In this document: positions 1-8,839 of the stretch, piece by piece
Numbering within the stretch: position 1 is the first letter of the stretch
Layout: each line of letters opens with the position of its first letter
Source of the DNA: Candidatus Woesebacteria bacterium
GTDB lineage: Bacteria; Patescibacteriota; Saccharimonadia; Saccharimonadales; EFPC-124
NCBI GenBank assembly: GCA_050115675.1
Contig: JASFQB010000001.1
Coordinates: forward strand, 1,352-65,351
DNA length: 64,000 nt
Direction of reading: 5' to 3'
Position numbers and translations under genes: made by a program
Notes under the pieces: model-generated
Told to the model about the DNA's origin: nothing
What the model saw: only the letters and a program-made list of their open reading frames with translations
Database searches by the model: none

Positions 1-48
1 GGACAATATTTGCAATTATATACAAACTAAAATATAATTATTGGCAAC

Positions 49-636
49 ATGCAAAACCACCCCACCCCACAATCCACAAAAACCTTTATCAAAAAACACA
101 AAAAAGCTGTTATTATTTTGTCTATCCTAATAATCCTCCTCACAGGATTAACCTACCTATTCAACAGACTATCCAACAACCTAGCAGAAAACGTAGCTAG
201 ACCAATTGAAAAGTCTTTGGTAGAAGCAGGAGCCGTAAAGATGTGTAGCGGTGGAGACGCAGGGCATGGGCCGGATAATTTTAGTCCGTGGTATAACGCA
301 TATTATTCTATAAACAAACCAGAGAATGAAGCGATATTCATCATCAAGGAGGCTGCTCAGGATAATGGCTATGTATTTTCAGAAGATTTTCCAAATATAA
401 ACAGAGAAGACGATAGGTTTTTTGTGAATATAGCATGGACGTTGAATCCATATAAAAAGCTGGAGGAGGGAGAAATCGAACTTAGTGCAAGGACTTATGG
501 TAATAGTATTTATGATAATGACAGCCAATTGTGTGACATTCCTGGAGAAAGCCTCCCAAGACTTAATAGTATGACCTATTTTAATATCGGCGTTAGCCTC
601 CCCGAATACAAAACCCCCTCCTTCTTCCAACTCTAA
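49..636 (+). CDS. Membrane-anchored secreted protein, tandem paralog 1 (core C-x2-GD-x-GHGPDNFSPWY; C-terminal LPEYKTPSFFQL)
   Basis: 195-aa ORF with a basic N-terminus and one hydrophobic helix (AVIILSILIILLTGLTYLF). It shares near-identical nucleotide blocks with copy 3 and the same C-terminal/intergenic junction. Confidence 0.75.
   Translation: MQNHPTPQSTKTFIKKHKKAVIILSILIILLTGLTYLFNRLSNNLAENVARPIEKSLVEAGAVKMCSGGDAGHGPDNFSPWYNAYYSINKPENEAIFIIKEAAQDNGYVFSEDFPNINREDDRFFVNIAWTLNPYKKLEEGEIELSARTYGNSIYDNDSQLCDIPGESLPRLNSMTYFNIGVSLPEYKTPSFFQL
154..294 (+). repeat. 141-nt conserved block of the paralog family (copy 1); 136/141 identical to 1238-1378
   Basis: Hand alignment found only 5 mismatches. 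The block encodes LFNRLSNNLAENVARPIEKSLVEAGAVKMCSGGDAGHGPDNFSPWY. Confidence 0.9.
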
Positions 637-645
637 TTAAACAAC

Positions 646-1155
646 ATGCAGAACCACCCCATTCTCCAACCCCCAAAAAATTATGTAAAAAAACACAAAA
701 AAGCATTCACTGTTTTGTTTATCTTGCTGTTAATCTCAGGTGCTATAAGCTATTGGTACATCCAATCATCACATAATCTAGCCAAAGACATAGCCAAACC
801 CATAGAAAACTCTTTAATACAAGCTGGAGCCACAAAAGTATGCGAACACGGAGACCCTGGCCATGGACCGGATAATTTTAGTCCGTGGTATAGAGTCTAT
901 TTTGAATACGAAGGTGATACTCAAAGTGCAGAGAAGATACTATCCCGAGCGCTATCAGCAGTCGATTACTCTCTGGGCAATGTAGATGGTGGATACGGAT
1001 ACTTGGGCGATTATGTTTACAAGACGGACTCGACAAATGCTTCGTATGACATAATTTGGGCATTGACAAACAGTGGCACGCTTCACGCATGTGAAGGTGG
1101 AATATATAATGATGACGACCACACGGCAATTGCTATAGAGATACAAGGTAGATAA
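646..1155 (+). CDS. Membrane-anchored secreted protein, tandem paralog 2 (more divergent)
   Basis: 169-aa ORF with the same MQNHP...KKHKK N-terminus, TM helix and GHGPDNFSPWY core. It starts 9 nt after copy 1, within the repeated junction taattaaacaacATGca. Confidence 0.75.
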   Translation: MQNHPILQPPKNYVKKHKKAFTVLFILLLISGAISYWYIQSSHNLAKDIAKPIENSLIQAGATKVCEHGDPGHGPDNFSPWYRVYFEYEGDTQSAEKILSRALSAVDYSLGNVDGGYGYLGDYVYKTDSTNASYDIIWALTNSGTLHACEGGIYNDDDHTAIAIEIQGR

Positions 1156-1165
1156 TAACAATTCG

Positions 1166-1714
1166 ATGTCATTAGCTTGCGGTAAAACGATTGCCATCAT
1201 TCTGTCCACCCTCCTCATCCTCTTTGCAGGAATATCTTACCTATTCAACAGACTATCCAACAACCTAGCAGAAAACGTAGCTAGACCAATTGAAAAGTCT
1301 TTGGTAGAAGCTGGGGCTGTAAAGATGTGTAGCGGTGGAGACGCAGGCCATGGACCGGATAATTTTAGTCCGTGGTATTATGCTGTCTTCACGGTAAACG
1401 GAACTTTAGATGAAGCTCAGCAGATTGCACGGTCTGTTACTGAAAAAAATGGCTATAATTTAGGCGAATTCAATGAAGATGAGAACAAATCCTACCTATA
1501 CTCGAGAGGCAGCAAGCCTAGTGAGTATGAGAACCTCAAAAGCGGTGATGTTGGAATTGCTTTTAATATAAACTTAAAGGCACACTATGATCCAGATGTT
1601 GATGATGAGTTCTGCTCTTTTGGCAATGCAGTTGGGCTAGAAGACGGCAAGGCCTCATTTGTTTTATTCACGGGACTCCCCGAATACAAAACTCCCTCCT
1701 TCTTCCAGCTCTAA
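1166..1714 (+). CDS. Membrane-anchored secreted protein, tandem paralog 3 (5' end replaced, core and C-terminus as in copy 1)
   Basis: 182-aa ORF with the conserved block 1238-1378 and C-terminal LPEYKTPSFFQL. Its central third is unrelated to copy 1. Confidence 0.75.
   Translation: MSLACGKTIAIILSTLLILFAGISYLFNRLSNNLAENVARPIEKSLVEAGAVKMCSGGDAGHGPDNFSPWYYAVFTVNGTLDEAQQIARSVTEKNGYNLGEFNEDENKSYLYSRGSKPSEYENLKSGDVGIAFNINLKAHYDPDVDDEFCSFGNAVGLEDGKASFVLFTGLPEYKTPSFFQL
1238..1378 (+). repeat. 141-nt conserved block of the paralog family (copy 3)
   Basis: See 154-294. Confidence 0.9.
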
Positions 1715-1723
1715 TTAAACAAC

Positions 1724-1849
1724 ATGCAAAACCACCCCACTCTCCAATCCACAAAAACCTTTGTCAAAAAACACAAAAAGCTGCATTTTAGGTATTTATT
1801 GTGGTCTGGAGGGTCCAAAAACAAGTGTTTTAATAACGCTTTTGCTTGA
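1724..1849 (+). pseudogene. Truncated fourth copy of the paralog family (only the first ~19 codons, MQNHPTLQSTKTFVKKHKK, are homologous)
   Basis: The junction repeat taattaaacaacATGcaaaaccacccc recurs after copy 3. Homology ends after KKHKK and the frame stops at 1847-1849. Confidence 0.7.
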
Positions 1850-1989
1850 CCCCTGGGTGTATGTTTGATAAATTCTTATCTGTGTTTTGCTTGCCTAAGG
1901 CCAGAGGGCAAGTGCACGGTTACGACGCTGTTAAGACACCAGTGTTTAGAGTGGTAAGTAGCCGTAAAACCAACTAATAGGAGCAATCC

Positions 1990-2082
1990 ATGCCAATTGA
2001 CATCTGCAAGGTTCCTTCAAGAGCCAAGCGTATCGAGGTGGAGGTTATCCCCCCCGAGTGGCAAATGTATATCGCCCACTAA
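1990..2082 (+). CDS. Candidate 30-aa small ORF (MPIDICKVPSRAKRIEVEVIPPEWQMYIAH)
   Basis: AGGAG (1979-1983) sits 6 nt upstream of the ATG, and a terminator hairpin follows immediately. No homology was recognised. Confidence 0.3.
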   Translation: MPIDICKVPSRAKRIEVEVIPPEWQMYIAH

Positions 2083-2087
2083 ATATA

Positions 2088-2116
2088 ACAGCCCTGCTTT
2101 ATGCGGGGCTGTTTTG
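2088..2116. terminator. Bidirectional intrinsic terminator hairpin (acagccc...ggggctgt + TTTT)
   Basis: 7-8 bp GC stem followed by a T-run, lying between convergent ORFs. Confidence 0.7.
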
Positions 2117-2119
2117 GAT

Positions 2120-2791
2120 TTAATCTATCAAGCCTGCGTCTTTTAAGGTGCCTTCTACTTCGTTTTGAAGTCCATCTTCTGATAAAGCGATTTCTTCTGA
2201 CAAGACGTTGCCATTTATTATAAATGTAGGCGTGGCGGTAATTTTAAACGATTTTGCGGTCGCGCGGTCGCGGTTAATTTTATTGGCTACGTCGTCGCTG
2301 CTTAAGTCGGCTTGATATTTCTCTATGTCCAGCCCAAGCTGTTGAGCGTAACTTTCGAATATTGCACTACGTTCAGATATGCTTGCGCCACTCCAGCTGC
2401 TTTGATTGCTGTAGAGTTTGTCGTGCATTTCAAAGTACTTTCCTTGCAGCCCTGCGGCTTCAACGGCAGTGGCTGCGGCTAACGAGTTGGGGTGAATGGT
2501 TGTTAGCGGCAAGTTTCTAAACACAAAGGTTAGCTGGTCTTTGTATTTTTCGACTATGCTGCTGACTTTTTGATTCATTGTAGAGCAAGCGGGACACTGG
2601 TAGTCCGCATATTCAATTAGAATAACCTCATTTTGATCCGACCCAGACACGTGGTCGGTAATATTGCCCTCGGTAATAACTCTGCCTGCGTCGCCAGAGT
2701 AGCTTTCTTGGCTGCTTTGATTAGCAAAAATTACTCCTGCAATTATTGCAAAGCATATAACACCGAAAATAATCCATCGTGTTTTGTTCAT
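2120..2791 (-). CDS. DsbA-family thiol:disulfide oxidoreductase, membrane-anchored
   Basis: N-terminal TM helix, a thioredoxin-fold CPAC active site (YADYQCPACSTM) and a DsbA-like C-terminal TPTFIING motif. Confidence 0.85.
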   Translation of the reverse strand: MNKTRWIIFGVICFAIIAGVIFANQSSQESYSGDAGRVITEGNITDHVSGSDQNEVILIEYADYQCPACSTMNQKVSSIVEKYKDQLTFVFRNLPLTTIHPNSLAAATAVEAAGLQGKYFEMHDKLYSNQSSWSGASISERSAIFESYAQQLGLDIEKYQADLSSDDVANKINRDRATAKSFKITATPTFIINGNVLSEEIALSEDGLQNEVEGTLKDAGLID

Positions 2792-2889
2792 GTATCTTAT
2801 GATATATCAAGAAAAAGCCTAAGCATAGATGTCAAGACTGTAAAAGTTGTGATATAGTACGCTTGTTGCTACTACTTACGGAGGTAGAA

Positions 2890-3885
2890 GTGTCTCGTAG
2901 GTTTGTTATGCCCAGACGCTATGGCGGCATGCCAATTGATGACTTTGATGCTTTGTGTCGTAGAATTGTTAAAGCACTGGCAGTCAATAATCGCCAATTT
3001 TTGGCAAGTGGTGTGGTGGATGTTCATAAAAAGGCTAGTTACGCTGGCGTAGCTGCCGCAGATGTTTTTACCGTCGCCGACAAAAGCTCCGAGGCTCTTT
3101 TTGCTGAACTTGCATGTGAATTTCCTCAAAGTATTGGCTATATTGGCGAAGAAGGTCTTCGCAGGCCATGTACGCTTGGCGACTGCGATATTTACATTAC
3201 AATCGACCCGCTAGACGGGACTCGTATGTACATTACGGCACTAAACGAGGGTAGGCAGCTCCGTCCAGGAGAAGTGTCTGCTATGCTTGGCGTGCTTGTT
3301 GGGCCAAAAAATGAACCATCCATGCTTAAAAGCGTGGCAGGCTATGTTTGTGACGTGGCAGACGATACGCTTTACAGTCTTAGTCCAAATGGATCTTGTG
3401 TTGAGGTAACTAAGGGGCTTAACATTGTTGACTCTGTAAAACTTCAAACTGCCAGACGGGCGAATACTGGCTATCTTGCCATCCACAAAAGCCAGAGTCC
3501 TAGTGCTGTAGACTTTGTGGCAGATGGCGAGGTTGCTCGTTTGCTTACCACTTCAGCAAAGGATGGGGGCATTTTCGGTAATGTGGGTGTAGAGTTTGGC
3601 AGCGTTGGGCTGCGTGTTGCAAATGTATTTAACGGACAGTACTCGGCTTTGTTAAGGCCAAACTGTCAAAGTTTTTGCACGCCCTGGGACGAGGCGCCAC
3701 TTCAGGCGTTTTGTCGCATGGGTAATGCAAAAACGTTTGCAATTTTGCCAGACCGTCTTCAAGAGGTGGTTATTGCAGATGGAGTAATTAACAAAATTTC
3801 TAGGCGTGAGCACGATATTCTTTATCTACCTCTTAATTTTCTTCGCGAAGTTAAGCGCAAAGGTATCGAGGTAGTGACTTTGTAG
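2890..3885 (+). CDS. Inositol monophosphatase / FBPase-superfamily phosphatase
   Basis: Motifs IGEEG, ITIDPLDGTRMY and TPWDEAP. GGAGG lies 5 nt before GTG 2890; the ORF track starts at 2863. Confidence 0.7.
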   Translation: MSRRFVMPRRYGGMPIDDFDALCRRIVKALAVNNRQFLASGVVDVHKKASYAGVAAADVFTVADKSSEALFAELACEFPQSIGYIGEEGLRRPCTLGDCDIYITIDPLDGTRMYITALNEGRQLRPGEVSAMLGVLVGPKNEPSMLKSVAGYVCDVADDTLYSLSPNGSCVEVTKGLNIVDSVKLQTARRANTGYLAIHKSQSPSAVDFVADGEVARLLTTSAKDGGIFGNVGVEFGSVGLRVANVFNGQYSALLRPNCQSFCTPWDEAPLQAFCRMGNAKTFAILPDRLQEVVIADGVINKISRREHDILYLPLNFLREVKRKGIEVVTL

Positions 3886-3952
3886 CATACTGGGGCAACA
3901 GCTAGGGTTGTTGCCCCAAACTTTTTAATATGATGGTATAATAGGTAATAAT

Positions 3953-4966
3953 ATGGAATGGATATCTCAGATTGTAGTTTTATTTTTTGCTGTAATAACA
4001 GCAGGCGTTAAAAGTTTGCGCTTTGCTCCAAGCGAGCTTACAGATTACGAACTGCAACGTCAGGTAGTCAAAGGTAGAGACGCTGCAATTGCCGAAGATC
4101 GTTTGCGTAAAGAGCGAAGCCTACTATTGGCTTTGCAGCAAGTTGTGCTACTGCTTTTAATGATAATCATTATTGTCACTTTGCGTGGCGCATACGATTT
4201 TATTTTTGCAGTACTTTTTGCCTTTATGTGGTTAATTGTTGTGGAGTTTTTGGGTGTACAGCAATTTTTGCATAGCTTTGCCGAAGAATTGGCCGACAAG
4301 TATCAAATGCAAATTTTAAAAGTGGCTGATTTTTTACGGCCAGTCTTAAAATTTATTACCTACAAGCAGCTTTTTGAAACCAGACAGGCTACATATTACT
4401 CTAAAGACGAAATTGTCAATTCGCTAGAGCACGATCACGGCGTACTTACCAAAGACGAAGTACTGCTTGTAAAATCTGCTTTATCATATGGCGATAAAAC
4501 CATTAAAGACATCATGACGCCTCGCTCGGTAGTTTGTTATGTAGAAAAAACCGACACAATCGGCCCAGTGTTGTTAGATAAATTGCACAAATCTGGTCAG
4601 TCGCGAATTCCAGTGGTGGTAAAAGATCTAGATCACGTTGTAGGCATGCTTTACATGCATGATTTAGTGCCGCTAAAAAAGACGTACAAAACAGTTGCCG
4701 ACGCCATGCAAGACAAAGTTTGTTATGTAAACGAAGACAAAAAACTTGACCACGTTTTGCAAGCCTTCTTGCGAACAAGGCGACATCTGTTTATAGTAGT
4801 GAATGAATTTGAGGAAACAACCGGTGTTATTAGCATTGAAGATATATTGGAACAACTTATTGGCCGCAAAATCGTGGACGAATTTGACAGATACCAGGAC
4901 TTGCGCGCGGTAGCAAAGCTTGCGGCAGCCGAGCGTCAAAAGTCCAAAGACGGCGAGCGCATTTGA
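3953..4966 (+). CDS. CNNM/DUF21 transmembrane domain + CBS-pair protein (CorC/HlyC-like putative ion transporter)
   Basis: N-terminal TM helices followed by tandem CBS-like segments (IMTPRSVVCYV...SRIPVV; VVNEFEETTGVISIEDILEQLIG). Confidence 0.75.
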   Translation: MEWISQIVVLFFAVITAGVKSLRFAPSELTDYELQRQVVKGRDAAIAEDRLRKERSLLLALQQVVLLLLMIIIIVTLRGAYDFIFAVLFAFMWLIVVEFLGVQQFLHSFAEELADKYQMQILKVADFLRPVLKFITYKQLFETRQATYYSKDEIVNSLEHDHGVLTKDEVLLVKSALSYGDKTIKDIMTPRSVVCYVEKTDTIGPVLLDKLHKSGQSRIPVVVKDLDHVVGMLYMHDLVPLKKTYKTVADAMQDKVCYVNEDKKLDHVLQAFLRTRRHLFIVVNEFEETTGVISIEDILEQLIGRKIVDEFDRYQDLRAVAKLAAAERQKSKDGERI

Positions 4967-4971
4967 AACAT

Positions 4972-5244
4972 ATGGAACAACGGATGACAAAGAAAATAAA
5001 ATTAATTAAATATCGAAGCGATAGTGAAGAATGGGTTGCTGAAGTCGGCAAGCGACTTTGCGGCAAAGGCAGAAGAGGCTCTTTGGACGACTGTGCTGTA
5101 GTGGTTTCGATAGAAAGATCGACAAGTCCAAGCAATTGCTACTTAGTCAGGACAGATGCTCATCCAGGTCGTACAGCTTGGGAGAATCCATTTCTTGTAG
5201 GCTCTGGACACATTGATTGCATTGAATATTTTGAAAACGAATAA
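4972..5244 (+). CDS. Hypothetical protein
   Basis: ORF abutting the previous gene; no motif recognised. The start is uncertain (TTG 4963 or ATG 4972). Confidence 0.4.
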   Translation: MEQRMTKKIKLIKYRSDSEEWVAEVGKRLCGKGRRGSLDDCAVVVSIERSTSPSNCYLVRTDAHPGRTAWENPFLVGSGHIDCIEYFENE

Positions 5245-5256
5245 GCGAGATTTTGT

Positions 5257-6567
5257 ATGAGAACTTTAACCAAAGAACTACCACAACAAATAGGAAAAAC
5301 CGTTGTTTTACGCGGTTGGCTACACAAAAAACGCCTTTTGGGCGGCCTTAACTTTATAACCCTGCGAGATCGCGCAGGTATTGCCCAGATCTTAGTAAAA
5401 GATAAGGACGAAGTAGAAAAACTACGCGAAAAGCAAATTGGCACCATTATGTCCGTAGAGGGCGTATTGGCAGAAGACAAGCGTGCTCCGGGCGGTGTAG
5501 AAATTCATGACGCAAAACTAACCATAGAAGTGCCTGTTGCAGACCAAAACCCAGTAGAAATCGACAAACCTCTAGACCACCACAGTGAAGCGCTAGACAC
5601 CTTATTTGACTACCGCGTGGTTGGTTTGCGTAACTTTAAAGAGCAGGCAATTTTTAAGGTTCAGGCTGAGGTAAAAGAAGCCGCTCGCAAATACTTTAAA
5701 GCCAACGATTTTACCGAATTTAACTCGCCAAAATTGTTGCCTGGTGCAACCGAAGGCGGAGCAGAAGTATTTAAGTTAGACTACTTTGGCAAAGATGCAA
5801 CTTTGGCTCAAAGCGCGCAGTTTTACAAGCAAATTATGGTTGGCGTTTTTGAGCGCGTGTACGAGATCAATCCAACTTATAGGGCCGAATTAAGTGCTAC
5901 AACTCGCCATATGACCGAATTTATGCACATTGACGCCGAAATGGGCTTTGTAACACTGCAAGAGCTGTTAGACTTTATGAGCGGTATTTTGAACTCAATT
6001 GTAGATGACGTGTGGCAAAATTGCGACGAGCAATTAAAGCTTTGGAACGCAGCAAAACCTCAGTTGTTGCCAAAAATTCCGCAAATATCGCTAGACGAAA
6101 TTCACCAAAAATACACCGAAGCAACAGGTACAAAAACCATTGGCGAAAAAGACCTTCGTCCAGACGAAGAGCGATTTATTTGCGAATGGGCAAAAGAAAA
6201 CTTGCAGTGCGAAGCTGTTTTTGTAACAAAATGGCCACGCCAAGGCGCAAAGTTTTATCACAGATTTGAAGAAGATAATCAAGAAATTGCCGAGCGAGCT
6301 GACCTGTTGTTTAGAGGCGTAGAAATTGCTACGGCAAGTATGCGCGAACATCGCTACGACAAGTTAATATCTCAGCTAAAAGGCATGACAGGTGGCGACC
6401 CAGAAAACATCGGGTTTAAACACTACCTTGAGGCGTTTAAATACGGCATGCCGCCACATGGTGGTTTTGGCATGGGGCTAGAGCGCTTAACGCAAAAAAT
6501 AATTGGTTTGGCAAACGTTAAAGAGGCGTCGCTGTTTCCACGCGACATCAATCGTTTAGCGCCGTAG
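5257..6567 (+). CDS. aspS: Aspartate--tRNA ligase, short (archaeal/type-2-like) class IIb enzyme
   Basis: 436 aa with an N-terminal OB fold, QSAQFYKQ (compare AspRS QSPQLYKQ), motif 2 YRAE..TTRHMTEF and motif 3 GGFGMGLERL. Confidence 0.8.
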   Translation: MRTLTKELPQQIGKTVVLRGWLHKKRLLGGLNFITLRDRAGIAQILVKDKDEVEKLREKQIGTIMSVEGVLAEDKRAPGGVEIHDAKLTIEVPVADQNPVEIDKPLDHHSEALDTLFDYRVVGLRNFKEQAIFKVQAEVKEAARKYFKANDFTEFNSPKLLPGATEGGAEVFKLDYFGKDATLAQSAQFYKQIMVGVFERVYEINPTYRAELSATTRHMTEFMHIDAEMGFVTLQELLDFMSGILNSIVDDVWQNCDEQLKLWNAAKPQLLPKIPQISLDEIHQKYTEATGTKTIGEKDLRPDEERFICEWAKENLQCEAVFVTKWPRQGAKFYHRFEEDNQEIAERADLLFRGVEIATASMREHRYDKLISQLKGMTGGDPENIGFKHYLEAFKYGMPPHGGFGMGLERLTQKIIGLANVKEASLFPRDINRLAP

Positions 6568-6584
6568 TTTAGGCTAAAAAGAAG

Positions 6585-6617
6585 CAGCCCGGACCCACCT
6601 TTTGTGGGTCTGGGCTG
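6585..6617. terminator. Bidirectional terminator hairpin (cagcccggacccac / gtgggtctgggctg)
   Basis: 14-bp stem with one G-U pair, between convergent genes. Confidence 0.7.
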
Positions 6618-6620
6618 ATA

Positions 6621-7436
6621 TTATCGGAGTGCGCGCAGAATCTCTGCAATCACAGGGCCAGGCTTTTCTGGCGTGGGGCAGTGTAGGCCGTGCCAGCTTG
6701 GCGGATTGATACGTCTTACGGTAAGCTGGGTTGCAGCTTTCCAGGCAGAAGCTGCCTGACGCAAGTATACAAACGAATCTGCTACGGACATTCGTCTGCA
6801 ATCGTCGATTGAATGTGGCGCACCCATGTAGGTGAGGTTGCCGATTCTATCTTTAAGTTCGCGAACGCCTAGCCTTGGCGTGTTTGCAATTCTGTCAAAT
6901 TCGCCAAGCACTTGCTTGAACGTGATGCTTGTGGAGTTGCTTTCGGCCGCCATTGCTGCGTTAACTCTGCTAGTCTCGATAGTGGGCGAATTATTCACGG
7001 CTTTGCGTTGTGAGAGTCTTAGCGCCCACGTAACCGGAAGCCAATTAGGGAGCTTGAGCGCTGCCCTAATCCACTTAATTGCCACGGCATCCTCATTGCA
7101 GCTCATGGCCGCGTTAAAAATGGCATGGTCGATGTGAAGACTGGTTTGATGGCGCAACAATGCGGCCAAGTCTAGCCCGCCGGCAGATTCGGCGTAAACA
7201 ATTATCTTGCGGTACTGTTTGCTTTGAATGGCTTTTGAAAGCCGCTCAACCAGCTGTTGCTGGTCAAACCCCCATCTGGGAAGCTCGTAGGTCAGGACAT
7301 CGCAGGTTGCAAGCGCTGGCGCTAAAACGTCGGCCAAACAGATTCCGTCTTGGTTAAAACCAGGCAAGATGACAGCAAGCGTATCGCTGTCATCCATCGT
7401 GCGGTGCAAAATGTTGATTTCGCGAACGCGCGACAC
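6621..7436 (-). CDS. Alpha/beta-hydrolase-fold protein
   Basis: Nucleophile elbow VYAESAGG (G/A-x-S-x-G) and a C-terminal His region. GC is elevated relative to neighbours. Confidence 0.55.
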   Translation of the reverse strand: MSRVREINILHRTMDDSDTLAVILPGFNQDGICLADVLAPALATCDVLTYELPRWGFDQQQLVERLSKAIQSKQYRKIIVYAESAGGLDLAALLRHQTSLHIDHAIFNAAMSCNEDAVAIKWIRAALKLPNWLPVTWALRLSQRKAVNNSPTIETSRVNAAMAAESNSTSITFKQVLGEFDRIANTPRLGVRELKDRIGNLTYMGAPHSIDDCRRMSVADSFVYLRQAASAWKAATQLTVRRINPPSWHGLHCPTPEKPGPVIAEILRALR

Positions 7437-7527
7437 TTAAGCCACCTCAGCCTAATTGAGGATTAGATAACTGTATAATTATAGCATAAAAATTGGTTTT
7501 TGTTAAGCCCAAGGCTCAAGGCAAGTA

Positions 7528-7556
7528 TTGACAGCAAAAAATAAATAGCTTATAAA
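7528..7556 (+). promoter_or_regulatory. Sigma70-like promoter TTGACA-17-TATAAA
   Basis: Consensus -35, 17-nt spacer and near-consensus -10, about 35 nt upstream of GTG 7590. Confidence 0.55.
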
Positions 7557-7589
7557 AAGTAACTGCTACTTCCTATCAAAGGAGATGCT

Positions 7590-8093
7590 GTGAACATTCG
7601 CCGTGGTCTTGTTGTGCTGGCAGCTGGCGTTGCGCTAGCTTTTGGCGTTTCGGCTTGTAGCGCTGATCAGGTTAAAGAGCAAGCCGCAGGCATTGCTGCA
7701 GACCAGTTGGCGCCGCAGATGCAGCAAACTTTGGGAGACGCTGGATTCACTAATGTAGTAGTAACTAGCGGTATGGAAAATAGCGACGATACTGGTAATC
7801 AAGAGCGGGCAGTGCTTTTGGCGCGGGTTGGCATTCCTCAGTTGAACGAAAGCTGTTCGTTGGGGTACAAGGCTCTTGTCACTAGTCCTGATACGATTTA
7901 CTTCGATAAGATATATACGACCGAAGATCCAGATGGTGCTCGCGTCTCTGACGATAGTGCTCGTAGTGCAACATCACCCGCAGACGCGCTGGCCTATCTG
8001 GCAAGTAATCATTCTGCTTGCCTGGTGCGCTGGCAAATAGCTAAGGGTTGTATTTACGGTGCGGGGGCTTATCAGCTCTCGCACCAACACTAA
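7590..8093 (+). CDS. Lipoprotein, function unknown
   Basis: Signal peptide with lipobox (LAFGVSAC). AAAGGAG SD before the GTG start. GC elevated. Confidence 0.7.
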   Translation: MNIRRGLVVLAAGVALAFGVSACSADQVKEQAAGIAADQLAPQMQQTLGDAGFTNVVVTSGMENSDDTGNQERAVLLARVGIPQLNESCSLGYKALVTSPDTIYFDKIYTTEDPDGARVSDDSARSATSPADALAYLASNHSACLVRWQIAKGCIYGAGAYQLSHQH

Positions 8094-8105
8094 AATTATA
8101 TATTT

Positions 8106-8780
8106 GTGATAAACTTTGGATTGATGATTAAAAACACTGACAAGCTATTTATTACTCGCAAACGCAAAAAATGGAAGTTTGCCCATTTTGCCGATTGGCA
8201 AAATTGTTTTGAGGTTTCTGAGGTTAACCCAAAGCAATGGAGTTCCCCGTTAGTCATCGAAGTTGGCGCCGGGACGGCCGATTTGAGTGTTGGCTTGGCA
8301 AAGCTTCAGCCTCAAAACAATTTTGTCGCGATAGACGTTAAAGCTGATCGTTTGTACACGGGCGCAAAGTTTTGTTTGCAAAATGATATTAAAAATATCA
8401 ACTTTGCAAGATCACATGCTGCGCAGATTGAGGAGCTGTTTAGGCCACATACTGTGGATAAAGTGTGGATAACTTTTCCTGATCCGTTTCCTCGTGACCG
8501 CCAGGCCAAGCACAGGTTGACAAACAGATCGTTCTTAAAGATATATCAAAAACTTTTAGCACCTGGCGGAGTTGTTCATTTTAAAACAGATAACCGCGAG
8601 CTATTTTTGTGGAGTTTAGAGCAAATTGTGGCTGACGGCTGGCGTATTAACGAGCTAAGTTTTGATTTGCACGAAAGCAATTTGCCCGAGCACTACAAAA
8701 TTACAACGTTTTACGAGCGCAAATTTATGGCGCAAGGCGTGCCAATAAATATGGTAAGTTTTACCAAATCTGACATGTAG
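8106..8780 (+). CDS. trmB: tRNA (guanine46-N7)-methyltransferase
   Basis: SAM motif VEVGAGTAD and the TrmB signature ITFPDPFPRDRQAKHRL. The start could be ATG 8124. Confidence 0.85.
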   Translation: MINFGLMIKNTDKLFITRKRKKWKFAHFADWQNCFEVSEVNPKQWSSPLVIEVGAGTADLSVGLAKLQPQNNFVAIDVKADRLYTGAKFCLQNDIKNINFARSHAAQIEELFRPHTVDKVWITFPDPFPRDRQAKHRLTNRSFLKIYQKLLAPGGVVHFKTDNRELFLWSLEQIVADGWRINELSFDLHESNLPEHYKITTFYERKFMAQGVPINMVSFTKSDM

Positions 8781-8839
8781 CAGTGATGGTTTACGCTTTT
8801 GGCTAACTAGACTATACTTTAGGTAGTAAGATCAAAATT

